Shown here in pieces: positions 52,658 to 61,336 of a DNA stretch of 64,000 bases; within the stretch, counting starts at the first letter, position 1; each line of letters opens with the position of its first letter. The position numbers were made by a program, and so were the translations under genes. The notes under the pieces are model-generated. The model saw nothing but the letters and a program-made list of their open reading frames with translations, searched no databases and was not told the DNA's origin. This DNA comes from Acidobacteriota bacterium (GTDB taxonomy: Bacteria > Acidobacteriota > UBA4820 > DSQY01), in assembly GCA_037444825.1 (NCBI GenBank), contig JBBILR010000014.1:836-64835 (forward strand), read 5' to 3'.

Positions 52658-54223
52658 ATGACGTGGCCTTTCACCGAGGAGCACCAAGTCTTTCGCCGGT
52701 CGGTCCGCCGGTTCCTGGAGGCGGAGGTGGCGCCCCACGCCGAGGCGTGGGAGGCCGCGGGGCGGATCCCCCGGGAGATTTTCCGGCGGATGGGGGAGCT
52801 GGGCTTTCTGGGGATCACCGCCCCCCCGGAGTACGGCGGCCAGGGGGGGGACCTCCTCTTCGCCGTGGCCTTCCTGGAGGAGCTGCCCCGCTCCCTCATG
52901 GGGGGCTTCGCCGCCTCCGTCTCGGTGCAGGAGTTCATGGCCACGGCCCACATCGCCGCCCACGGCTCGGAGGGGCTGAAGCGCCGCTACTGGGCGCCCT
53001 CCATCGCCGGGGACAAGGTGGGGGCCCTGGCGGTGACGGAGCCCGACGCCGGCTCCGACGTGGCGGCCCTCCGCACCGCCGCCGTGAGGGACGGGGACGT
53101 CTACCGCGTCACCGGCTCCAAGACCTTCATCACCAACGGCGCCGAGGGCGATTTCTACACGACGGCCGTGAGGACCGGCGGGGACGGCGCCTCGGGCCTC
53201 AGTCTTCTGGTCATCGACGCCGACACGCCGGGGGTGAAGGTGGCCCGGCGGCTGAGAAAGGTGGGTTGGCACGCCTCCGACACGGCGGAGCTGGTCTTCG
53301 AGGAGGCCCCGGTTCCCCGGGAGAACCTCGTGGGCCCGGAGAACGGGGGCTTCGGCCTCATCGTGGAGGCCTTCGCCCTGGAGCGGCTCTGCGCCGCCGC
53401 CATCGCCGTGGGGAGCGCCGACCTGGCCCTGGAGACCACGGTGCGCCACTTGGGCGCCCGGAAGGCCTTCGGCAGGCCCCTCACCGCCTTCCAGGCCCTC
53501 ACCCACCGCCTGGCCGACGCCGCCGCCCGCCTGGAGGCCGCCCGGCACCTCACCTACCACCTGGCCCGCCTGCTGATGGAAGGCCGGCCCGCCGTGGCCG
53601 AGGCCGCCATGGCCAAACTGGTCTCCACCGAGCTGCTGGTGGAGCTGGCCGACCTCTGCCTCCAGTGCCACGGGGGCTACGGCTACATGGAGGAGTACCC
53701 CGCCGCCCGCTTCTTCCGCGACGCCCGGGCCTCCACCCTGGCCGGCGGAACTTCGGAGATCATGCGGGAGATCGTGGCCCGGACCCTCGTGGACCGCTTC
53801 GCCGCCGCCCCCGCCGCCCCCGCCCCGCCCCCACCCAAGGAGAAGCCCATGGAAGAGAGCAAGTCCCCGACCGAAGCCCCCGGCGCCCCCGCCGGCCCCC
53901 CCACGGTGGAATCCATCGCCCGTTCGCTCCCCGGCCGCTTTCTCGCGGAGAAGGCCGAAGGGTGGTCCAGCGTCTTCCACTACCGCATCAAGGGGGCGGA
54001 GAAGCCCGAGTGGACCGTCAGGATCCGCGACGGCGCCTGCACGGTGGAGGAGGGGCACCACGGAAGCCCCGACTGCGTGGTGGAGATGAAGGAGGACACC
54101 TTCCTCGCCGTGGAGACCGGGAAGATGAACCCTCAGACGGCCTTCCTCATGGGCCGGGTGCGGGTGAGCAACCTCACGGAGATGATGCGGTTCATCAAGC
54201 TCTTTCGGCCCCTCGAACGTTGA
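52658..54223 (+). CDS. Acyl-CoA dehydrogenase fused to a C-terminal SCP2 sterol-carrier domain
   Basis: ACAD core (GALAVTEPDAGSDVAAL, GGYGYMEEYPAARFFRDARASTLAGGTSEIMREI), an Ala/Pro linker, then an SCP2-like ~105 aa (FHYRIKG...WTVRIRDGACTV..G....PDCVVEMKEDTFLAVETGKMNPQTAFLMGRVRVSN). Confidence 0.85.
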   Translation: MTWPFTEEHQVFRRSVRRFLEAEVAPHAEAWEAAGRIPREIFRRMGELGFLGITAPPEYGGQGGDLLFAVAFLEELPRSLMGGFAASVSVQEFMATAHIAAHGSEGLKRRYWAPSIAGDKVGALAVTEPDAGSDVAALRTAAVRDGDVYRVTGSKTFITNGAEGDFYTTAVRTGGDGASGLSLLVIDADTPGVKVARRLRKVGWHASDTAELVFEEAPVPRENLVGPENGGFGLIVEAFALERLCAAAIAVGSADLALETTVRHLGARKAFGRPLTAFQALTHRLADAAARLEAARHLTYHLARLLMEGRPAVAEAAMAKLVSTELLVELADLCLQCHGGYGYMEEYPAARFFRDARASTLAGGTSEIMREIVARTLVDRFAAAPAAPAPPPPKEKPMEESKSPTEAPGAPAGPPTVESIARSLPGRFLAEKAEGWSSVFHYRIKGAEKPEWTVRIRDGACTVEEGHHGSPDCVVEMKEDTFLAVETGKMNPQTAFLMGRVRVSNLTEMMRFIKLFRPLER

Positions 54224-54255
54224 GCGGGGGGCGTTCGGCGGGGAGGGAGGGGGCC

Positions 54256-55323
54256 ATGGCGGGACCGCTCTCGGGGATCCGGGTGGTGGACGCGAGCCGG
54301 ATGCTGCCCGGCGCCGTCCTGGACCGCGTCCTTTTGGATCTGGGCGCCGAGGTGGTCAAGGTGGAGGACCCGGCCGGGGGGGACCCCCTCCGCCACGCTC
54401 CCCCTCTGGACGAGAAGAGCGGCGTGGGGGCCGCCTTCGCCGCCTTCTGCGCCGGGGTCCGCTCCGTGGCGCTGGACCTGCGCTCGGAGGAGGACGCCGC
54501 CGCCCTCCGCAGGCTCGCCAAGGGCGCCGACGCCTTCGTCGAGTCCTTCCGGCCGGGGACGGCGGAGTCCTGGGGGATCGGCTACGCGCGCCTCTCCGCC
54601 GGGAACCCCCGCCTCGTCTACCTCTCCCTGGCGGGGTACGGGAGGGGAGGCCCCGACCGAGACCTCCCCGGCCACGACCTCAACTTCACCGCCGCCTCCG
54701 GGCTCCTCTCCCTCCTTCCCCCCGGACTGCCCGGGGTGCCCTTCTCCGACGTGGCCGGGGGGATGCTGGCGGCCACGGCCCTCCTGGCCGCCCTTGTAGA
54801 GCGGGGCCGCACCGGCCGGGGGCGCTTTCTCGAACAGCCCCTCGAGGAGGCGTTGAACCCCTTCCTCGCCTGGCCCCTGGCCGACGCCCGGGCCGGCGGG
54901 GGCGGCCTCGGGGGCTCCCTCCTCTCCGGGGCGGTGCCGGCCTACGGCCTCTACGGCTGTTCCGACGGCCGGCGGGTCGCCGTCTGCTGCCTGGAGCCCA
55001 AGTTCTGGGACGGCCTCCTTCGCCTGCTGGGGGTCGAGGGCCACCGGGGGGCGGCCCTGGACCCCGGCCCCGCCGGGAAGGAGGCCCGGAAGGCCGTGGC
55101 CGAGGCGCTCCTCGCCCGGCCCTCCACCTGGTGGCTGGAGCGGGCCCGCCTGGAGGGGCTCCCCCTCTCCCCGGTCCGGGACCTCACGGAGGTCCGGGCC
55201 CTCCGCCGCCTCTCCGCGGGGGAGGAGGCCCCGCCCCCCCTCCTTTCGGCCTTCGGAAGCGCCCGGGGTTCCGTTCCCCGCCTGGGGGAGCACAACGAGG
55301 CCCTCCTGGGGAAGCGGGGGTGA
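54256..55323 (+). CDS. Family III CoA-transferase (CaiB/BaiF; alpha-methylacyl-CoA racemase-like)
   Basis: GPLSGIRVVDASRMLPG, VVKVEDPAGGDP, ADAFVESFRPG and GHDLNF. Confidence 0.85.
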   Translation: MAGPLSGIRVVDASRMLPGAVLDRVLLDLGAEVVKVEDPAGGDPLRHAPPLDEKSGVGAAFAAFCAGVRSVALDLRSEEDAAALRRLAKGADAFVESFRPGTAESWGIGYARLSAGNPRLVYLSLAGYGRGGPDRDLPGHDLNFTAASGLLSLLPPGLPGVPFSDVAGGMLAATALLAALVERGRTGRGRFLEQPLEEALNPFLAWPLADARAGGGGLGGSLLSGAVPAYGLYGCSDGRRVAVCCLEPKFWDGLLRLLGVEGHRGAALDPGPAGKEARKAVAEALLARPSTWWLERARLEGLPLSPVRDLTEVRALRRLSAGEEAPPPLLSAFGSARGSVPRLGEHNEALLGKRG

Positions 55324-55464
55324 GGCTCCTCGTCCGGGGCGGCCGCGGGCCTGCCCGCGCCGCCGCGCCCCGGCCCTTTCCGGGCGGGAGGGGCTGTGTT
55401 TAAATAGAACGCCGGAAAAGGCGCGTCGGCGCAGGGCAAGAGCCCCGCGAGGAACCGGGGGGAG

Positions 55465-56613
<1,149 letters not shown>

Positions 56614-56641
56614 CGCCCCGGAGGGGCCCGCCGAGGAGGCC

Positions 56642-57592
56642 ATGCACCCGCTGTCCGAAGCCATTCTCCGGGGCGACCGCCGGGCCCTCGCCCGGGGCCT
56701 CAGCGTCGTGGAGGACCGCCGGGAGGGGTACCTCGACCTGCTGAAGGACCTCTACCGGAGGGGCGGAAAGGCCCGCGTCGTGGGGGTCACCGGGCCCCCG
56801 GGGGCCGGGAAGTCCACCCTCGTCAACCGCCTCATCGGCGCCTACCGGGAGGAGGGCCTCCAGGTGGCGGTGGCCGCCGTGGACCCCTCCTCCGCCTTCT
56901 CCGGCGGGGCCATCCTGGGCGACCGGGTCCGGATGCAGGAGAGGGCCCTGGACGAGGGGGTCTTCATCCGCTCCATGGCCACCCGGGGCCACATGGGGGG
57001 GCTCTCCCGGGCCACCGCCGACGCGCTGGTGGTGCTGGACGCCGCCGGCTTCGACGTCGTCCTCGTGGAGACCGTGGGGGTGGGGCAGGACGAGGTGGAC
57101 ATCGTGCGGGAGGCCGACACGGTCCTGGTGCTGCTGGTGCCGGGCCTCGGCGACGACATCCAGGCCATCAAGGCGGGCATCATGGAGATCGCCGACGTCT
57201 TCGTCATCAACAAGGCCGACCGGGAAGGCGTGGAGCGGGTGGAGCGGGAACTGAAGGCGGCCCTTCAACTGGCCGGGGAAGCGCAGAGCTGGACGCCGCC
57301 CATCGTGAAGACCGTGGCCTCCCGGGGCGAAGGCACCGAAGAGGTGGTGCGGGCGGTCCGCGCCCACGAGGCCCACCTCCGGGGGAGCCGGGGGAACGGC
57401 CGCCTGAGGCTGAAGTACCGCCAGCGGTTCTGGGAACTCCTCTCGGAGCGCCTGCTGGGGGAGATCCGAGAACGCTGGCTGGACGGGGAACGGGAGGAAC
57501 GCCTCCTGGAAGCCTTCGTGGAGCGGAAGGCCGACCCCTACTCGTCGGTGGAGGAGATCCTCCGCCGGATCCGATGGGAGGAAAGACCGTGA
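56642..57592 (+). CDS. meaB: Methylmalonyl-CoA mutase-associated G-protein chaperone (MeaB/ArgK)
   Basis: GVTGPPGAGKSTL, DPSS...GGAILGDR, VETVGVGQ and INKAD. Confidence 0.9.
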   Translation: MHPLSEAILRGDRRALARGLSVVEDRREGYLDLLKDLYRRGGKARVVGVTGPPGAGKSTLVNRLIGAYREEGLQVAVAAVDPSSAFSGGAILGDRVRMQERALDEGVFIRSMATRGHMGGLSRATADALVVLDAAGFDVVLVETVGVGQDEVDIVREADTVLVLLVPGLGDDIQAIKAGIMEIADVFVINKADREGVERVERELKAALQLAGEAQSWTPPIVKTVASRGEGTEEVVRAVRAHEAHLRGSRGNGRLRLKYRQRFWELLSERLLGEIRERWLDGEREERLLEAFVERKADPYSSVEEILRRIRWEERP

Positions 57593-57987
57593 AGCTCGAC
57601 CACATCGGCGTGGCCGTGGCGTCGCTGGAGGCGGGGCGCGCCTTCTACGAGGCCCTGGGGCTCCTCTGCGGCGGGGAGGAGGAGGTCCCGGAGCAGAAGG
57701 TGAAGGTGGCCTTCTTCGCCGTGGGGGATAGCCGCATCGAGCTTTTGGAGAGCACCGACCCCGAGGGGCCCGTGGGGAGGTTCCTGGCGAGGCGCGGTCC
57801 GGGCCTCCACCACCTCTGCCTGGAGGTCCCGGACCTGGAGGCGGCCCTTCTCCGCCTGAAGGAGAAAGGGTACGCCCTCCTGGACGAGCGGCCCCGCACC
57901 GGGGCGGGGGGCCGCAAGGTGGCCTTCGTCCACCCCAAGAGCGCCGCGGGGGTCCTTCTCGAGCTGACGGAAGGGGAGGGACGATGA
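57589..57987 (+). CDS. mce: Methylmalonyl-CoA epimerase (VOC/glyoxalase fold)
   Basis: KLDHIGVAV, IELLE, GPGLHHLCLEV and AFVHPKS..GVLLEL. The GTG overlaps the meaB stop (CCGTGA). Confidence 0.85.
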   Translation: MKLDHIGVAVASLEAGRAFYEALGLLCGGEEEVPEQKVKVAFFAVGDSRIELLESTDPEGPVGRFLARRGPGLHHLCLEVPDLEAALLRLKEKGYALLDERPRTGAGGRKVAFVHPKSAAGVLLELTEGEGR

Positions 57988-58352
57988 CCCGCGCGCATAA
58001 AGCCCCGGCCCCTTCTCGGGAGGCGGGTTCCCCAGGTGGCGGTGCCGGCCCTTCCTGGGGTCCCGGCTCCTTCGTGGTGGCCTACCTGAGAGACCCCCGG
58101 GAGAAGGTCTGGGGGATGCTCCTCCGCCTCGAGGCGGCGGGCTTCTGGATCCGCGGCATCGAGCTCAACGCCTTCGACGACTGGGTGCGGGAGCGGGCCG
58201 CGGGCCTCTCCGGCACGCTGGGGCCCTCCACCTCCTTCCTGCCCTTCCTCCGCGTGGAAAAGATCGTGGTGGACGAGGCCCTGGGCCCCGCCGCCTCCCT
58301 GAAGGAGCGGCTGGAGGCGGCCGTGGGGCGCCCCGCCGAGGACCTTCTCTGA
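57984..58352 (+). CDS. Hypothetical protein
   Basis: 122 aa. The ATG overlaps the mce stop (CGATGA). The core is FVVAYLRDPREKVWGMLLRLEAAGFWIRGIELNAFDDW...FLPFLRVEKIVVDE, with high GC3 in the core. No family recognised. Confidence 0.55.
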   Translation: MTRAHKAPAPSREAGSPGGGAGPSWGPGSFVVAYLRDPREKVWGMLLRLEAAGFWIRGIELNAFDDWVRERAAGLSGTLGPSTSFLPFLRVEKIVVDEALGPAASLKERLEAAVGRPAEDLL

Positions 58353-58361
58353 GGAGGCACC

Positions 58362-58634
58362 GTGTACGACCCCACCGACGACCGAACCGAGGCGCTCTTT
58401 TCGGCGCTCCTTTCCGTCTTGAGGGAGGCCCCGGAGGGGGCCGCCAAGCAGGCCCTGGCCGGGCTCCTGGAAGAGGCCGCCCTCGTGGAGATCCTGGCCG
58501 GGGAGGGCCGACCCCTGCCGGAAGACGCCGAGGGCTTTTCGTCCGAACTGGCCCGGCGCTGGGAGGAGGTGGCCGCCCTCCGCAACGAGAAGGCCGCCTC
58601 CTTCCTCTACGCCCTCCAGCGGAACGAGTTTTAG
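58362..58634 (+). CDS. Hypothetical small helical acidic protein
   Basis: 90 aa, with the GTG after GAGGAGG, high GC3 and A/E/L-rich composition. No family recognised. Confidence 0.5.
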   Translation: MYDPTDDRTEALFSALLSVLREAPEGAAKQALAGLLEEAALVEILAGEGRPLPEDAEGFSSELARRWEEVAALRNEKAASFLYALQRNEF

Positions 58635-58694
58635 GGGGACTTCCCCCAGGGCCCGCCGCGGAGCGGGGCTCCATCGGCCAAATCGCCCCCGCCG

Positions 58695-58703
58695 TGGTAG
58701 AAT
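58695..58703 (+). promoter_or_regulatory. Extended -10 promoter element upstream of maeB
   Basis: TGgTAGAAT (TG at 58695-58696, TAGAAT at 58698-58703), with CGGCCA at the 17-nt -35 position. This leaves a leader of about 150 nt before ATG 58861. Confidence 0.4.
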
Positions 58704-58860
58704 CCGCCTCCGGAGCAAAGGAGGGAGAAGGAGCCTCCCCAGGGAGAGTCCCCCCTTCCTCCCCACCAGGCAAGGACCGCGGCCCACCCGCCTCCCGGGC
58801 GGGGGGACGCAGGTGAGGCCGCCCGCGCCAAACGGGCCCCGCCCATTCCAGGAGGAGACC

Positions 58861-61113
58861 ATGGCCATTCGGGAACAGGACGCGCTCGACTACCATTCCG
58901 TAGGACGTCCCGGCAAGACCGAGGTGGTGCCCACCAAGCCCTGCCTCACCGCCCGGGACCTCTCCCTCGCCTACACGCCCGGCGTGGCGGTTCCCTGCCT
59001 CGCCATCGAGAAGAACCCCGAGGACGCTTACAAGTACACCAACAAGGGCAACCTCGTGGCCGTCCTCTCCAACGGCACGGCGGTGCTGGGCCTGGGCGAC
59101 ATCGGCGCCCTGGCGGGGAAGCCCGTCATGGAAGGGAAGGGAGTCCTCTTCAAGCGCTTCGCCCACGTGGACGTCTTCGACATCGAGGTGAACACCCACG
59201 ACCCCGACGAGGTCATCAAGGTGGCCCAGCTGCTGGAGCCCACCTTCGGGGGGATCAACCTGGAGGACATCAAGGCCCCCGAGTGCTTCTACATCGAGGA
59301 GACCCTCAAGAAGACGATGAAGATCCCCGTCTTCCACGACGACCAGCACGGCACGGCCATCATCTCCGGGGCGGCCCTCCTCAACGCCTTGGAAATCGCG
59401 GGCAAGAACATCAAGGACGTGCGCGTGGTGGTCTCCGGGGCCGGCGCCGCCGCCATCGCCTGCGCCAAGTTCTACGAACTGCTGGGCGTGCCCCGGGAAA
59501 ACTTCCTCCTCGTGGACACCAAGGGGGTGGTCTTCAAGGGCCGCAAGGAGGGGATGAACCCCTACAAGGAGTACTTCGCCCAGGACACGCCCCTCCGCAC
59601 GCTGGCCGAGGCCATGAAGGGGGCCGACGTCTTCCTCGGGTGCTCCGTCAAGGGCCTCGTCACGCAGGACATGGTGCGTTCCATGGCCAAGAACCCCATC
59701 GTCTTCGCCATGGCCAACCCCGACCCCGAAATCACCTACCCCGACGCCAAGGCCGCCCGGCCGGACATCATCATGGCCACGGGCCGCTCGGACTACCCCA
59801 ACCAGGTGAACAACGTCCTCGGTTTCCCCTTCATCTTCCGCGGCGCCTTGGACGTCCGCGCCACCGCCATCAACGAAGAGATGAAGGTGGCGGCCGCCCG
59901 CGCCCTGGCGGCCCTCGCCAAGGAGCCGGTGCCCGAAGGGGTCTGCGCCGCGTACGGCGGCCAGCGCTTCGAGTTCGGGCCCGACTACATCATCCCCAAG
60001 CCCTTCGACCCGCGGGTCCTCGTGTGGGAGGCCTCCGCCGTGGCCAAGGCCGCCTGCGAGACCGGCGTGGCCCAGCAGCCCATCACCGACTGGGACGGCT
60101 ACCGAGCGCGCCTGGAAGCCATGACCAGCAAGAGCCAGGAGGTCATGCGCACCATCCGCACCACCGCCCGCCGGGAGAAAAAACGGGTGGTCTTCCCCGA
60201 AGGGGAGAACCCCAAGATCATCGAAGCCGGCCGCGTCCTCGTGGAGGAAGGCCTCGCCCACCCCATCCTCCTCGGCAAGCGGGAAACCATCGAGGCCGCC
60301 GCCAGGAAGGTGGGGCTGGACCTCCAGGCCGTCACCGTGGTGGACCCCGAGACCTCCCCCGACAACCCCGCCTTCGCCAAGGGCCTCTACGAACTGCGGG
60401 CCCGCAAGGGCTTCACCCCCAAGAAGGCGGAGACGGTGGTGAAGAAGGCCCTCTACCACGCCCTCATGATGCTCAGGACCGGCAAGGCCGACGGCATGGT
60501 GGCCGGCATCGAGCGCTCCTACGTGGACACCATCCGCGTGGTCCTTCCCCTGGCCGAGCTCAAGGAAGGGGTCCGCAGGGCCGTGGGCATGCACCTCGTC
60601 CTCGTGGGGGGGAAGGTTTTCATCTTCGCCGACACCACCGTCAACATCGACCCCGACGCCCGGGAGCTGGCCGAGATCGCCGTCCAGGCGTCGGTGCTGG
60701 CGCGGCACTTCAACCTGGAGCCCCGCATCGCCATGCTGGCCTTCTCCAACTTCGGCGACAACGACCACCCCAAGGCCCGCAAGGTCCGCGAGGCGGTGGC
60801 CATCCTTCACGCCGAGCACCCCGAGCTGGTGGTGGACGGGGAGATGCACGGCGACGTGGCGGTCCTCCCCGAGTTCGCCCGGGACAACTTCCCCCACAGC
60901 AAGATCCAGGGCGACGCCAACGTCCTCATCTGCCCCGACCTTCAGAGCGGCAACATCGCCTACAAGCTGGTGGGCTACCTCGGGGAACGCCGCGAGGTCA
61001 TCGGCCCCCTGCTCTTCGGCCTCAAGCACCCCATCAACGTCGTTTCCTACAACTCCGACGTCCGGGAAATCGTCAACATGGCCGCCCTCTCCTGCTACCA
61101 GGCCGGGCGGTAA
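58861..61113 (+). CDS. maeB: NADP-dependent malic enzyme with C-terminal phosphotransacetylase-like domain
   Basis: 750 aa. [42 protein letters not shown], the Rossmann motif VVSGAGAAA, then a PTA-like half ([22 protein letters not shown]). ATG 58861 follows AGGAGG. Confidence 0.93.
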   Translation: MAIREQDALDYHSVGRPGKTEVVPTKPCLTARDLSLAYTPGVAVPCLAIEKNPEDAYKYTNKGNLVAVLSNGTAVLGLGDIGALAGKPVMEGKGVLFKRFAHVDVFDIEVNTHDPDEVIKVAQLLEPTFGGINLEDIKAPECFYIEETLKKTMKIPVFHDDQHGTAIISGAALLNALEIAGKNIKDVRVVVSGAGAAAIACAKFYELLGVPRENFLLVDTKGVVFKGRKEGMNPYKEYFAQDTPLRTLAEAMKGADVFLGCSVKGLVTQDMVRSMAKNPIVFAMANPDPEITYPDAKAARPDIIMATGRSDYPNQVNNVLGFPFIFRGALDVRATAINEEMKVAAARALAALAKEPVPEGVCAAYGGQRFEFGPDYIIPKPFDPRVLVWEASAVAKAACETGVAQQPITDWDGYRARLEAMTSKSQEVMRTIRTTARREKKRVVFPEGENPKIIEAGRVLVEEGLAHPILLGKRETIEAAARKVGLDLQAVTVVDPETSPDNPAFAKGLYELRARKGFTPKKAETVVKKALYHALMMLRTGKADGMVAGIERSYVDTIRVVLPLAELKEGVRRAVGMHLVLVGGKVFIFADTTVNIDPDARELAEIAVQASVLARHFNLEPRIAMLAFSNFGDNDHPKARKVREAVAILHAEHPELVVDGEMHGDVAVLPEFARDNFPHSKIQGDANVLICPDLQSGNIAYKLVGYLGERREVIGPLLFGLKHPINVVSYNSDVREIVNMAALSCYQAGR

Positions 61114-61144
61114 GACGACCCTACCCCACCGCCGCAACCCCAAA

Positions 61145-61175
61145 GGGGCGGGCCCCACGGCCCGCCCCCGTCGTT
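61145..61175 (+). terminator. Probable terminator of maeB
   Basis: GGGGCGGGCC-CCAC-GGCCCGCCCC (10-bp perfect stem, 61145-61168) followed by a weak tail GTCGTTT. Confidence 0.55.
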
Positions 61176-61222
61176 TGGGCTCAACCCTTCGGGCCCCTCC
61201 CCCATGGTTTGCCCGCCAGGCC

Positions 61223-61252
61223 TTGACACTGAAAAAAATCATGCCCTATTTG
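61223..61252 (+). promoter_or_regulatory. Putative promoter of the YD-repeat gene
   Basis: A consensus TTGACA (61223-61228), an 18-nt spacer, then TATTTG (61247-61252; a poor -10). It lies in a locally AT-richer stretch. Confidence 0.3.
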
Positions 61253-61336
61253 GCCCGTCCGATCATTGCCGCGTGCGGTGCCCAAAGTGCCGCATAAAGT
61301 TTGGGGTTAGGGTTTGTTGATTTGAGGAGGCGATCC

